A stretch of DNA of 38,189 bases from Octopus sinensis (GCF_006345805.1 NW_021835799.1:1-38189); one strand, 5' to 3'; counted from the first letter of the stretch, positions 11,395 through 25,339 are shown. Made by a program: numbers and translations. The notes: a model not told the origin generated them from the sequence alone.

Positions 11395-12350
11395 TTAGAA
11401 GCTTTTATAGTAGCTAATACATATATTGATTCGATAGTGTTCCGTTGCCGAACCGTCGAACCTTGTGCTCAGAAATTTCTGATCAGATTAAAATGCTCCT
11501 TCTGTTTCTTAATGAAAAGTTTAGGTTCAGCTGGTCAGAAAATTTATCTGCCGTCAACATGCCCTCCGTGTAAGCCATCTTTAATGATGCACCGGCACGC
11601 GCTGTGACAGTGGCACCAACAGAAATATGTTGTGTACGGCAATGGTGTCAACGACGACGACAAAAGTTTGGACTATCTGGTGTAAGCGTCTTTCTTCAGG
11701 TCGTCTCTTTGACCGAGCTGCAGTTATTGCTCATGTGCAGACCAAGATTAGGTGTTTGACATCTAGAATGTTGCTTGGCGCTCACAGCATTGTGCTAGCT
11801 GGACCAAACCATTAACGGTAAAACAACTAAAGGTTTCTGTAGGGTGTTAGTTGAGGCTATGGACGACGATGGCCTAGGATTGACTCTGCTCATCAACAGC
11901 TTGAGAAGTCTCTTCTAAAGAACTTGGACAACTTCCAAAAGTCTTTAACACAGCAATGCTTACAAGGTGGTTTATCTATTCGAATCAAGCTCTTCAGGGA
12001 TGAAAGCATCAACAGTCGAACGTGTCCAAGATGCATGCAGGGGTTACGAAACCATCCAGCACACAATTGTTCAGAGTCTGTGCATTAGAGATTTGTGGGC
12101 TTGTTCTGTTGGGTAGCTGTTGTCACGGGTAAGAAGAAACCGCCGGCTTTTCACTGAGTGTACAGTGTACGGTGAACAGAGAAAAATCGACGAACCACCT
12201 TTCATTGACAGAGAAAGGAGGCAGATCTTTCTCTGTTTAATGGCTATAGCGAAAGTGGTTGTCTTGTGGACCCGCATGAAAGGTTTGAAGACGGGCACTT
12301 TCTTATATGGCCAAGCTCTCAATTTATTCAAGTATCATTAGAAGAGAATA
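11395..12350 (+). mobile_element. Old L1/Tx1-clade LINE relic (post-RT and C-terminal region)
   Basis: IVANTYIDSI..LMMHRHAL and MAIAKVVVLWTRMKGLKTGTFLYGQALNLFKYH align with VANAYIASI..LMMRRHAL and MAMAKECVWWTRLKGLQTNTFLSGQSLVNFFKYH of the copy at 26337-29830. Confidence 0.75.
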
Positions 12351-12369
12351 TACTACTCTAGGTGCCGCC

Positions 12370-12409
12370 AACGCTGCTGTTGCTGCTGCTACTACTACTA
12401 CTGCTACTG

Positions 12410-12445
<36 letters not shown>

Positions 12446-12869
12446 TTGCTGCTACTACTACTACTACTACTACTACTGCTGCTGCTGCTGTTACTACTAC
12501 CACTGCTGCTGCTGCTATTACTACTACTACTGCTGCTGCTGTAACTACTACCACTGCTGCTGCTGTTACTACTACTACTACTGCTGCTGCTGCTGTTACT
12601 ACTACTACTACTACTACTTGTGCATTTTTCTTTGGAGCATCGAAAAAAATGCCTTGCAGAATTTGTTTTCGCTGATTACATCCGTAATTCAATTAATTCC
12701 CGCTGACGTTCACATTACTTTCCATTCATCTGAGGTCAATAAAATTAAATACCAGTCACATCTTGGTGTCGTTGTAATCAACTTATCCTCTTTCCTCAAA
12801 ATTACTGGATTTCTGCTTGAATAAGAGAAAACGTTTAGCAGTATTATTGGTGTTTTTAATAATATCAAC

Positions 12870-12965
<96 letters not shown>

Positions 12966-12975
12966 TGTATTATTA

Positions 12976-13034
<59 letters not shown>

Positions 13035-13056
13035 GTTATTATTATCATTATTATTA

Positions 13057-13090
<34 letters not shown>

Positions 13091-13120
13091 TTATTATTAT
13101 TATATTATTATTATTATTAC
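12370..13120. repeat. (CTA/CTG)n (12370-12620) and (ATT)n (12870-13120) arrays
   Basis: Direct reading. Confidence 0.92.
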
Positions 13121-16100
13121 TTTTTTTTTTTTCTTGTTTCAAATTTGCTTCCATTTCTTGCCGAGTGTCTTCCCGACTCCTAGGGCAAAGAAACTCATAG
13201 CATACATTAGTAGGCCATTAAACCAAACTCAGTAGTTCGTTCATTTTTTTTTTTAAAGTTAAATTAAAATACATGAGTAGCAACAGTTCTCACATCGACA
13301 ATGCTCTTCTCAATACGTGTGATGTACCAGTTAAGACAATCTTTTGCACTTCTTGCAGGGATGGTAAGGCCGGGATCATTCTCATATAATTTTCGGTTCC
13401 CTTCTTGATCATTCCTAGTGCTCCTACGATCACTGGTATTGTAACCGCCTTGAGATGCCACATTTTCTCAATTTCAATGAGTAGGTCTTTATATTTTCTG
13501 AGCTTGTCAAACTCTTTCGCTGAGATATTATGATCACAGGGGATGCTCATGTCGATCAATAAGCAAACTTTATTGTTTTGGTCATTCACAACAATATCTG
13601 GTTTATTGGCCTTGATGGTTCGGTCTGTATGTACTGGAAAGTCCCACAGAATGGTTACATTTTCTCCTTCAGTTACAGCCTCAGGGTGGTGATTATACCA
13701 CTTGTCGGCAGTTTTGATATTGTAATGCCGACTTATTAGCCATGGAGATATTGGCCAACTCTGTCATGTCTTAATTTATACTCCACTGGTGCTAAGACTT
13801 TACATCCAGAGATTAGGTGGTCCACTGTTTCAATCATGTCGTTGCAGAATCGGCATTTTGGGTCTGCTCCATTTTTCATCACATTGGCCTGGTAGTTCCG
13901 GGTTAATAGGCTTTGATCTTGAGCAGCCAGGATGAAACCTTCGCTCGCTCTCTGCTTTTAGCCCTGAGCTCCGTAGCCACTGATGGGTTTGCTTCTGGTC
14001 AACATCAGCTTGTTTGCTGCGGGTCACATATTTGCCGTGCAGAGGTTTCTCCTCCCCCCACCTATCAGCCAATTGCTCGTGCGCTTTCTTCATTGCCATC
14101 ATTTTCACCTTCTTTGCAACAATAGTTGCCGTACTTCCCTCGGGTTGTTCAGTTTGGGTATCCTGCACGAGATCAATAGCAAATTTTTTGCTTTCCTTTA
14201 TGATAGAATGAAGCTTCTTTCGTCTCTCGTGATTTTCCACGAGCTTTAGCATCCAGTCATTCGATATTTCGAGATATTTGGCCAGTCCAATTGTGGTTGT
14301 TTTGTAAGCTAGTTCAAATTGGATCAGGCCTCGACCTCCTTGGGCTCTGGGAAGGTAAAGGCGATCTACGTCTGCCTTTGGGTGGTGCATTCTATTACAA
14401 CTCAGCAGCTTGCGTATTTTTCTATCTATATTCTTTACTTCACTCATATTCCAGTTCAACACATTGTAGCTATAAGTAACAACTGGAACTGCTAAGGAAT
14501 TTATAGCTAACACCTTGTTACGTGCATTTAGTTCAGATTTCAGGACTGCACGAACTCTCTTATAACATTCCTTCCTGATTTTCTCTTTCTGCTGCATGCT
14601 GAATACCAGAGCCTTCATTTATCCCTAAATATTTGTATGTTTGTTCTTGCTCAAGCTCTCTTATGACTGTGTCAACATCTAACACGACTGAATTTGTGGT
14701 CTTCACTTTCCCTTTCTGGAAAGTGGCCTTGGCACACTTCTCAAGTCCAAACTCCATCCCGATGTCATCGCTGAATGCTTTCACGGTGCGCAATAGGCCT
14801 TCAAGTTCATTATTGTCTTTACCATAAAGTTTTAAGTCATCCATATAAAATAGATGGCTTATTTTTTTATTGGCAATTTTATACCCATACCCTGTTCTGT
14901 TTAATTCACTTGTAAGGGATATTAGGGCTATGCAGAATATTAAAGGTGAAAGTGAGTCACCTTGAAAAATTCCACAGTTGATGTTTATATTTTCTGAGGC
15001 AAGTACTCCATTAGAGTGGTATAATTGGAGATTCGTATTCCACAGCGACATATTGTGCTTCAGGAAGTTTGAAATCACAGGGGAAATTTTGAAGATGTCC
15101 AGCGATCTCAAGATCCATGGATGCGGTATACTGTCGAAGGCCTTTTTGTAGTCAATCCATGCGGTGCTGAGATTTCTGCGCGCTTGTTGTGACAGTTCTC
15201 AAGGATCATACGATTGATTAGCAGTTGATCTTTGCATCCGTAAGAGCCTCGGCGGCACCCTTTTTGTTCAATGGGGAAAATATCGTTCTTCTCCATGAAT
15301 GCATATGTTTTCTCCGCCAGGATAGATGTTAGGATTTTATACGTGGTGGATAGACAGGTTATAGGCCGATAGTTTTTTGGAAGGTTGGTTTCGTTATTCT
15401 TTGGGAGTAGGTAAGTAATGCCACTTGCTAACCATTCAGGTGTTTTCTTTGGGTCTCTCATAATTCCATTAAGCAGCTGAACTAGCTTACCGTGTGCGCA
15501 TGGGAGCTATGCGAGCCAGAAATTCGGCACCCTATCTTTACCGGGGGATTTCCAATTATGGGCCTTCGTGAGTGCCTTTCTTAGGTCTGCTATTGTGATG
15601 TCTTCCCATGCTTGTTGTTGTAAATTTTGGTAGGATCCTTCAGTTTGTATAATCCAGTCTGCATTTATGTTGTACGTCTTCTTGTCACTCCAAATCCTTT
15701 TCCAAAAGTTTTGAACTTCTTCCATGGGAGGGGGGTCTTTAACGGTTACTTTCTCCTTCCCTATTTCTCTGTAGAATTTTTTGGCATTGGATGTGAACAG
15801 CTTATTTTGCTTGTAAAACTTGTTTCTCTTCTCAAATCTTCGTATTCTTGGGCTTTTGCTTGGACTTTTTCTTTCAGCGTTTCTTTTATTGATATCAGTT
15901 CTTCTCTTGGTGAGGATCCAAATTTTCTCTTCATCTTTCTTCCTGTTCTGGATCTTACATCATTTCCACATATTAGTTCATTTAATATTGATATTTCCCC
16001 TCTCATAAATTCAATCTCTTTTTCAATTTTACTTCTCCAGATTTGATTTCTTCCCAGGTTTTGTTTTCTTTGTTTTTTCGGGGGTATACAGCTGGTTTCA

Positions 16101-17092
16101 ATTGCCCTAGCAGAAGCGTAAATAATTTCATTTAACTCAGTAAAATCAGGTTTTAATTCTCGTATTATTTTATTTGTTACATAGTTGCCAATTTGGAATT
16201 GTTTTTTATTTTGGTTTCTATTTGAGAGTTTATGAAGTGGTTCTCTATCATTCATACTTGTATGTCTTACAACTTCAAGCATATTCAGGATTTTCTGCCT
16301 CATTTCTGCTATAGACTCTCTGTGTTCTTCAGCAAATGCGAGATCTTCAGTTACTGTTGTTTTTTCGTTTTCCTGGCTATCTTTAACAGGTACAATAGAA
16401 TTTCTTGTATCTTCAGGCCTTTGCGTACTTTGGAAGGATGGCAGTCTTTCAATTAAGCCTCGTGGCGGGCTATACTGTTCATCTGATTCTTCATTTCCTT
16501 TGTGTCTTATATTTATGTCATTTTCCGTTGCGTGCTTGATCGCGCTTATTTCACTGTCTGTGAGTCTGTTATTTCTAAGGATATCCCTCCTCACATTTGC
16601 TAATTTGTTCTCGTCCAAATAGGGCCTACTGTCTTGATTCCGTGTTCTCCATATACTGTAAGAGTTTGCGGTGTGTCTCTCTGAGATGGCCTACCTAATG
16701 CATAGTAATAAGCCTATATTACTTCTTTATACTCTTCTCGGGTCCATTTGTTCCGCTTACATTTTTTTCTTTCTGTTGGTTGTGGTGGTGAACTTGGAGG
16801 GCTCGAGTTGGGGGATTTCCCGTTCAAGTGACCATCCATGTCCGTATTCGGAGAAGAGTTTGTGCCAGTTGATGACTTTTCGATCCCAGGCTGGCTCTTC
16901 CCTGGGGGACGCGCTTCCAGATTAACCATAGGACAAGCGATTTGGTATACTGATTTAGTTTTCCTTTTAGCTTCCAAAAACATTTTGGTGCTACGATAAT
17001 GTTATCATTTTTTAGCTTTGATTGGCTCGTGGGGAGACGGCCATCATTGCCGTTACAATTATAATCGTACCATTATAGCAGCCGTAGTCGGC
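13121..17092 (-). mobile_element. Near full-length R4/Dong-clade non-LTR retrotransposon (RT + REL endonuclease)
   Basis: Single disrupted ORF. The 3' UTR ends in A12 followed by g(TAA)n. The 5' end begins at the GCCG-ACTA-CGGC hairpin, preceded by AATAATAA. Confidence 0.85.
13290..16983 (-). pseudogene. Dong/R4-like ORF broken into ~7 segments
   Basis: N-terminal RNKWTREEYKEV and LANVRRDILRNNRL; RT motifs NYRPITCLST, GIFQGDSLSPLIF, YMDDLKLY; CCHC knuckle CRFCNDMIETVDHLISGC; REL motif KPDIVV..IDMSIP..KEFDKLRKY; ends RRALSM*. Confidence 0.9.
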
Positions 17093-17404
17093 TTATTATT
17101 GTGATTATCATCACCATTACCATCACTATCATCATTATCACCACCATTACCATCATTATTATCATCATCACCATCACCATCACCACCATCATCATCAATG
17201 ATATTGTTATGTGTAGTCACAGCAGTATCTTATTATTGTTATTTTTGTTTTTTTATCATTATCACCATCACAGTAGTGTCTGTCTGTCTCGTTGGCTGGC
17301 TTGTGGTTGGCTGGCTGACTGTCTTCAACACCAGAGTTCTTGCCTGTCAAATAATACTTTCTTTGTGTTTCTTGAACTCTTGAGTGTGTGTGTGTGTAAT
17401 AGAT

Positions 17405-17498
17405 GATAGATTTATTATCATTATTATTATTGTTATTATTATTATTATTATTATTATATTATTATATTATTATTTTATTATTATTATTATTATTATGA

Positions 17499-17530
<32 letters not shown>

Positions 17531-17550
17531 TTCTTATTATTATTATTATT

Positions 17551-17581
<31 letters not shown>

Positions 17582-17615
17582 CATTTTATTATTATTATTA
17601 TTATTATTATTATCA

Positions 17616-17697
<82 letters not shown>

Positions 17698-18007
17698 CAT
17701 TATTATTATTATCATTATTATTATTATACATTATTATATTATTATTCATTATTATTATTATTATTATTATTATTTATTATTATTATTATTATCATTATTA
17801 TTATTATTATTATTATCATTATTATATTATTATTATCATATTATTATTATTATTATTATTATTATTTATTATTATTGTTATTATTATTATTATTATTATA
17901 TTATTATTATTATTATTTTATATTATTATATTATTATTATTATTATATTATTATCATTATTATTATTATTATTATCATTTATTATATTATTATATATGTT
18001 ATTATTA

Positions 18008-18067
<60 letters not shown>

Positions 18068-18138
18068 CATTATTATTATTATCATTATTATTATTATTAT
18101 TATTATCATTATTATTATTATTATCATTATTATTATTA

Positions 18139-18190
<52 letters not shown>

Positions 18191-18231
18191 CATTATTATT
18201 ATTATTATTATTATCATTATTATTATTATTA

Positions 18232-18277
<46 letters not shown>

Positions 18278-18302
18278 ATTATTATTATTATTATTATTAT
18301 AT
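17405..18302. repeat. ~900-bp imperfect (ATT)n array
   Basis: Direct reading. The poly-I/L/Y ORFs are artefacts. Confidence 0.95.
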
Positions 18303-18676
18303 GTAGTTTTTTAAATTTTATTTTGTTTCTCGTTCTTTAATTTATTGTAATTTGGTTATGATGCGCGATTTGTATCGCTCAACAGTTAGATAATATTACA
18401 GTTGTTGTTCGATCGTTTCAAATGAAATCGATTATTGGCTTTTATAATTTTTGCATTTTTTTTAGAAGCTTGCAATTTTATGACATAAAGCTTCGTACAC
18501 GGCAATATTTTTTAAAATTTAAATTCCAATTAATTTGTTTCAATATTAAATACATTTTGTTACATTTATCTAAATAAATAAATATATATTTAAATATAGA
18601 CATACATCCAGATGCACGCACTCATGCTCATACTCACACACACACGCACAAAGGTACTCGCGCGCGTACTGGCTCA

Positions 18677-18713
<37 letters not shown>

Positions 18714-19992
18714 GCATACGTGCACGTGATTGTTTATAGATGTGTGTTTACGCATGTATACGTGTACATGAATGTTTACGAGTGTATGTATATATGCATG
18801 TAAGTATACATATATACACAACCACACGGTTACATATAACACATGCACGTACATACGCAAATATATTCATATATATGTACGCATGCACGTACGTATGTAC
18901 ATACATGTGTGTATATATTAAGCAATGATTATCAAAAAAGAAAGAAAGGAATCTAAATACAACTCAATGACGTGTCTAAGAACATTCGTACGCAGTCTCT
19001 GCATTTCAAACTACCTATTGAAGATTAAAGTGTTATCTTAATAGATATGTACATTACACCTCAAGCGCACCACTTTGGCATCGCTACAACCCGTCCGCTG
19101 CATGTTCTAGCTTCCGTTGTCTCGATATCTGATGCTACAGTCAGTAGATTTTTCACCAATCTCGGATTGGCATCTGTCTTTTCGGCTCATGTGATTCGCG
19201 TAGTTGTCTCCTGTTTCTTTGGTAGATAACATTTATTATCGTCTTGTGCTTCGCACGATCGTTGTTCAACTTCCTATCAAGCGGCTCCCTTTTCCAAATT
19301 GCTGTCGGTGTTTCTGATTCTCTCAATTTTGGGTGATAATTGATGTGCCGTGTGTGTTTTATTGTGTCGAGTGCTTCTCGACTTTATCTGCACTTGTTCT
19401 CGAGTTGAACGGTTTCACTTAACATCCTTTAGCTAGGATAAAAGAAATTCGAGTAGTTTCCACCATCGACAGAATAATAGAAGTCTCGTCCTTGTTATTG
19501 AGTCTATGGGAATGGTAAGAGGAGAATCTCCCTCTATCACTCTCTCTCTCTCCATTACATACGCACGCACACACACACATACATACGCACACACATACAC
19601 ACATGCAACCTGCATGTACTCTGTTTATATGAAATCTATGAACTTTGCTGATTCCAGGTCAATAGTCTCTCGTGCATTACAGGTAAGTTCGATCTTTGGC
19701 AGCACGCATTAAGTTTGACTGACTCTCCCACCTGTTATTTTATCAACATTGATCAATACCCACTCAGAAGAAATAAAGTTTACAGAAGAAGAATACGGAA
19801 AGAAAGAAAAAACATTAAAAAAACTTAATAGTAATTCATGATTCTATCAAGGTAGTAAATCAAAAGTCTATATCATTCACCCTTTACATTACATTTCTGC
19901 ATCGCTCCTTGGCAAATAAATTCACCGTAAAACTTTCTTATATCACTCGTCCTAGAGAATACTGCAGCTTCATCCCTTAGCAAGTAAAACAT

Positions 19993-19994
19993 AG

Positions 19995-20073
<79 letters not shown>

Positions 20074-20212
20074 CAGATAGAATGATAGATAGATAGATAG
20101 ATAGGTAGATAGATAGATAGATAGACAGAGAGAGAGAGAGACAGAGAGACAGAGAGAGATAGATAGATAGATAGACAGAGAGAGAGAGAGAGAGAGATGA
20201 ATAGATAGATAG
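19993..20212. repeat. (GATA)n/(GA)n microsatellite
   Basis: Direct reading. Confidence 0.95.
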
Positions 20213-20282
20213 ATGGTGGCTGCCCCCTAGATACATACATACATACATACATACATACATACATTCATACATTCATACATGC

Positions 20283-20829
20283 ATGGTGGCTGCCCCCTCG
20301 TTATCGAGTATGGCCATTGCTCGAAGCTTAATCAATGTTATTATCGTGGAATGCCTGTGCAAGAAAAGTTGTTTTTTTTAAGTGAGGAAAGGCTGTACAC
20401 TGAGTCAATCCCACTCACTAAGCAACAGCAGTCATAATCCGAAAAGAATAAGTCAACATCATCGGTAACCACTGAGACGCAGGTTTTATGTCGGAGTTAT
20501 CCCAGTTACCTGAGTTACCTTCTCCTAGAAGGATGCCCTAACAAAGGCTGGGAGTCCTTCACTCCCAATGGCTTAACCGCGCAATCGGGTATTCAGTTGA
20601 TTATTTCTATGTCATGATTCAGCCTTAAGGCATTTATTGGATGGCCGTTGACTCTCAAGAGTTCCTCCACCCTTTGACGTGGTTTGATTTTCATCCCGCA
20701 GGGTGTCCAATAAACACCCTCCTCACCAAGCAAGCTTGGTGTGGTTGCCGGTTTAGTCGCCGACGACCCGACCATGCAACAGGTTGTACTGGGTTACATG
20801 CTACCAGTAGCACTCGAAAGTGACCTGAC
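20283..20829 (-). mobile_element. Short non-autonomous retroposon, probably RTE-derived
   Basis: Minus strand carries 'ttctaggagaaggtaactc', recalled as typical of RTE 5' regions, and ends '..ctcgataacgagggggcagccaccat' followed by (ATGT)n. No credible ORF. The assignment rests on recall only. Confidence 0.45.
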
Positions 20830-20879
20830 ATAATACATAATACATATATACATACATACATATATACATACATACATGG

Positions 20880-20913
20880 ATAGATAGAGAGCTAGACAGA
20901 CAGACAGACATAC

Positions 20914-20985
<72 letters not shown>

Positions 20986-21131
20986 GAATGGATGTATGAA
21001 TTGATAGATGGATGGATGGATGGATGGATGGATGGATGGATGGACGGATGGATGGACGGACGGACGGACGGGCGGATGGATGGAAGGATGGATGGATGGA
21101 TGGATGGATGGATGGATGGATGGATGGATGG

Positions 21132-21167
<36 letters not shown>

Positions 21168-21275
21168 ATGGATGGATGGATGGACTGATGGATGGATGGA
21201 CGGACGGACGGACGGGCGGATGGATGGAAGGATGGATGGATGGATGGATGGATGGATGGATGGATGGATGGATAG
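20880..21275. repeat. (GATA)n then (GGAT/GGAC)n array
   Basis: Direct reading. Confidence 0.95.
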
Positions 21276-22469
21276 GTATACTCACACTTGTGTGTGCACG
21301 TATGTGTATGTGTTTGTATGTTTGTACTTGTGTGCGTGTGTGTGTGTGTGCACAGCTAGTATTTTCATAATCCCTTCGAATGGGTGCTAAGTATATAGTG
21401 AATATAACAGATTTTCCACACACACACACAAACACACCTATTAAGTAAGCTTCAATAAATACATGCGTAGGCTTGTGCATTGCTGATTTCTGTTGTTATA
21501 TTATTATTATTATAATTATCATCATCATCATCATGATCTTGGCTTTTTTAGTTTTTATTTTGTCTTTTGTTTTATGTAAGCAATTCTTAATGCGTATTCG
21601 GCTCGCTGACAAACTCCAAGTTGAAGGAAACGAAAGACATACTAACGTTGTTATTGACATGATAGCATAACTATAAGTAGTCACTAACAATAGTGTCAAC
21701 CAAGGGTAAAGACGACAGGTACCCAAAGTACAGTCTTGTCCATTCCCCCACCTTTTTATACCATGTTCTTTTTTTCCCTTCCATTTTGTTTTTTCTTTGA
21801 TTTCATTTTTTTCATATTTTTTATGAGTGCAATCGGAAATTCACCACTCTCCATTCTGGCTCAAATATGAAAGTATTCTTTCATGTGTAATACGATAATC
21901 AATACAGGTATGATTTGATTGATATTTTAACAAAAGAGTCTAAGTATGATTCATAGCGCCACGAGTGGCTGTTGTTGCTATTATAGACGTAAACACAGGA
22001 AGATCGTCGTAAAAACGGCATATCACTGCGACAGCATTGGAAGACCAACAACAGCCTAACAAATAACTGCTGGACAAGGACTTATTCAATTTAAAACATT
22101 CCGTTCCAATACTTGAGCCAGACACTGAGTGGATACCGGAAGTTGCTCGATGAAAGCTTCCGTTGTGTAAATTCTAGGAAAATAAATATTCTTTATCTTA
22201 ATTTCAGATGGTCTTGACTTTTGCTTCTGTCATTCAGTTTTAGAAAGAGTGTGAGGGAGTGTACACTTTAATGAATGATATAGCTGATAAGGTTTCAATG
22301 GATTGTTCAGTAGACGATAAGTAAATAACAGAACAGTGCAGGAACATTAAGCTGCGCTGAATTCTATTTTTAATTAAGTTGCCATCCAATCGTTCGACTA
22401 CTGCTGGATTAAAGCGCTGGAAAGTGAACAACTATACATTTCACGTTACAAAAGACTTATTTCGCCACC

Positions 22470-24420
22470 GCCGCCATCTCTGTCGCCACCACCAACACCA
22501 CTACTGCTACTACCGCGACCACCACCACCACCACTACAAATCACAGCCACTACCAGTCACTGCAACCACAATTAGGACCAACAAACAATAAACACCAACA
22601 ACACCGCTACCGTCATTATCGTTCCGAGCAAGTATTGCAGTCACCATCAAAAACAACAACAACAACACTGTCATAACAAGCAACCTAATAATCATTACCG
22701 TTGCCATTCGAATCAACACCAACTTTCCAACATCAACTCAACCACCGCCACCACCCTCCTCCTCCTCCTCCTCCTCCTCTTCGTCGTCCTCTTCACAATA
22801 CTCGTTATCATCGTCATAATCATCGACAGCAACATCATCCTTATCGCTATCTTCACCATTATCACCAGCTTCACTGTCCCACTCCTTTTCCTTCTCTTCT
22901 GCATTATCATTTTGATTACCATGATCATTGTAACCATCAGCATTGTCGTCGACATCATCGTCAGCTTCATCTTCATCACTTCACGATCATTATCAGCGTC
23001 ATCATAGTTGTCGTCATCCTCTGCAGCAGCAGCAGCAGTAGCAGGATCATTATGATCGTGATCATTATCATCCATATCATCATCACTACTAACACCACCT
23101 CCATCATTATCGTCATCATTATCACCATCATCGTCATCATCGTCGTCGTCATCATTATCATCATCATCATCATCATCATCATCATGATCAGGATCGTGAT
23201 CATGATCATCGTCGTCTTTGTCATCACCACCACCATCATCATCATCAGCCTCCTCATCATCGTCATCTTTGTCATCATCATCATCATCGTCATTATCGTC
23301 ATCATCGTTATCGTTATCGTCGTCGTCATCGCCATCATCATCATCATCATCATCATCGTCGTCGTCGTTATCATCATTGCCACCATCGTTGTTGACGTCG
23401 TTGTCATTATCGTCATTGCCTTCGTCGGCGTCGACCTCATTAAAACAATTACCATATGTACCAACAACATCATCATCATTATTATCGTCTTCACGGATAT
23501 AACAAACAGCAGCACCCGCAGACGCTGCGGCGGCGGCGACAGCGGAGGCGGCGGCGACAGCAGAACATGCAAAATTCTTTATTATTAGCATTATCACACT
23601 TGTCATTACCCCACCATCGCCTGCAACACTACCACCTGCAACAACGACAACAACAACAACAGCAATAATCGTTCAACTTCTCTCCCTACACTTCCTACTT
23701 CTCTTCTCATTCATCCAGCCACTCTTCATCCCCGTAATTATCAAAATTACAAACATTATCATCGCTCTCACCATCACCATCGTTAAGTCATCATCATCAT
23801 CATGGTCGTCGTCGTTGTTGTCATCTTCTGCATCATCATCATCATCATCGTCGTTGTCATCGTCGCCATCATCTTCCTCATCATCATCGCCGTCGTTGTC
23901 ATCCTCCTCAACGTCGTCGTCGTTTTCATCATTATCATCGTGGTCGTTGCCGTAAAATTTTCAGGAATCTAATCGTCACGACTCCACCCCTCACTCCCCC
24001 ATCAACAAACAACAGCGCCACCAACACCATCAGGACTGCCACTATCACCTTCACTACCACATTTTCCCCCAGTTATAATCGTCAACATTACCACTAATGC
24101 AACCACAACCACCACCACCACCACCATCATCATCATTATAAACATCACCTCCATAACTACCGCCACCTTCATTGCAAGTACCACTTCCCCTACCGCCACC
24201 AACATTACAACTCCATTACCAGCGCCACCACCAATACTTCCATGACAACCACTACTGAAACACCACCACCATTACTCACCGCCCTAGCTAGCTACCGAAA
24301 TCGCCACAATCACTTGTGAAACCATGACCTCGCTCTCACCATCACCATCACCACCAACATTATCACCACTACCATCATAACCAATATAACCATCAAAATA
24401 ACCATAACAACAACATTAAC
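22470..24420. repeat. ~2-kb degenerate (CAT/CGT/CAC)n low-complexity region
   Basis: Direct reading. Produces Asp-, Ile- and His-rich pseudo-ORFs in several frames. Confidence 0.9.
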
Positions 24421-24830
24421 GTCATCCCTACCACGGAAACCATCCATCCATCAGCGAAATGCTGCGATGTGCTGGAAACAGCAGCTGCGTTTGCCCTCAA
24501 ATCACACCTTACCTTCACTTCTTTAGAAAAAGAGAAACAAAAAGTACAGTCGCATTAAATATAGCTCCATATAACGATGAAACGATGAGATAGTCACGGT
24601 TGGAATCAACGTGGCTTTAATAAAAAGGCAACTCCTTCTGAACTGACCTGGGGCGAAGCAACACCAACAGCAACAGCGACAGCAGCAGCAGCATCTCCAC
24701 CGTCGATGCCACCATTCATATTCCCCCTCCCCTCCACTTCCAACGTTATCTTTCATCGTTGTTGACGCATTAAATATTATTTTTTTGCTCCCTGCTCGTT
24801 CTTCTCACTCTTTCTCTCTAGCTCTCCCCC

Positions 24831-24871
<41 letters not shown>

Positions 24872-24930
24872 ATATATATAAATGTATGGTGTATATATAT
24901 ATATATGTATATACCACACACAACACACAC

Positions 24931-24989
<59 letters not shown>

Positions 24990-25339
24990 GTATATATGTC
25001 ACTATTGCCTGCTCACTTGTCTGTTTGTTACACCGGAACCAGGCAGACGTGGGATTAAATGGCAATTTGTTTATTTTACCTCTCTCTCTCTCTCTCTCTC
25101 TCATCCATCTCTTAGTCTCTCTCAATATGTGTTGCGTGTGTGTTTATGTATGTCATTGTGCGTCAGCATATAACTATTAGTGTGCGTAAATTATTCTATG
25201 TGCAATTGGGTGTTTCTGCGTGTCTACATGGATGAGTTTTTATACTTGTGGACTTATATGCGTATATATAAATGTGTGTGTGTGAGTGTGGATATATATT
25301 CATGTATGTAAATACATGCTGACAGAAGAGACAGACAGA

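Noticed and set aside
16985-17092. Possible HDV-like ribozyme in the Dong 5' UTR (contains CTC-cccac-GAG and GCTAA)
   Set aside because: Could not assemble P1, P1.1 and P2 consistently.
17384-18340. Poly-Ile/Leu/Tyr/Asn ORFs, also at 12700-13200, 34100-35200 and 37229-37624
   Set aside because: Translations of (ATT)n arrays.
19040-19350. Moderately GC-rich non-repetitive segment, possible exon
   Set aside because: Only short open frames with no recognisable motif.
21945-22180. Unique-looking stretch that might be a host exon (GCCCYYRRKHRK; LLDKDLFNLKHSVPILEPD)
   Set aside because: Stops occur in all frames, no recognisable domain, and no convincing splice pair.
22701-23606. ~297-aa Asp-rich (-) and His/Ile-rich (+) ORFs
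   Set aside because: Open on both strands because (CAT/GAT)n lacks stops. No domain or splice evidence.
24465-24620. Segment resembling a common octopus repeat (ctggaaacagcagc..ctcaaatcacacc)
   Set aside because: Only a short in-window match (33174-33190). Recognition is from memory, and the class is unknown.
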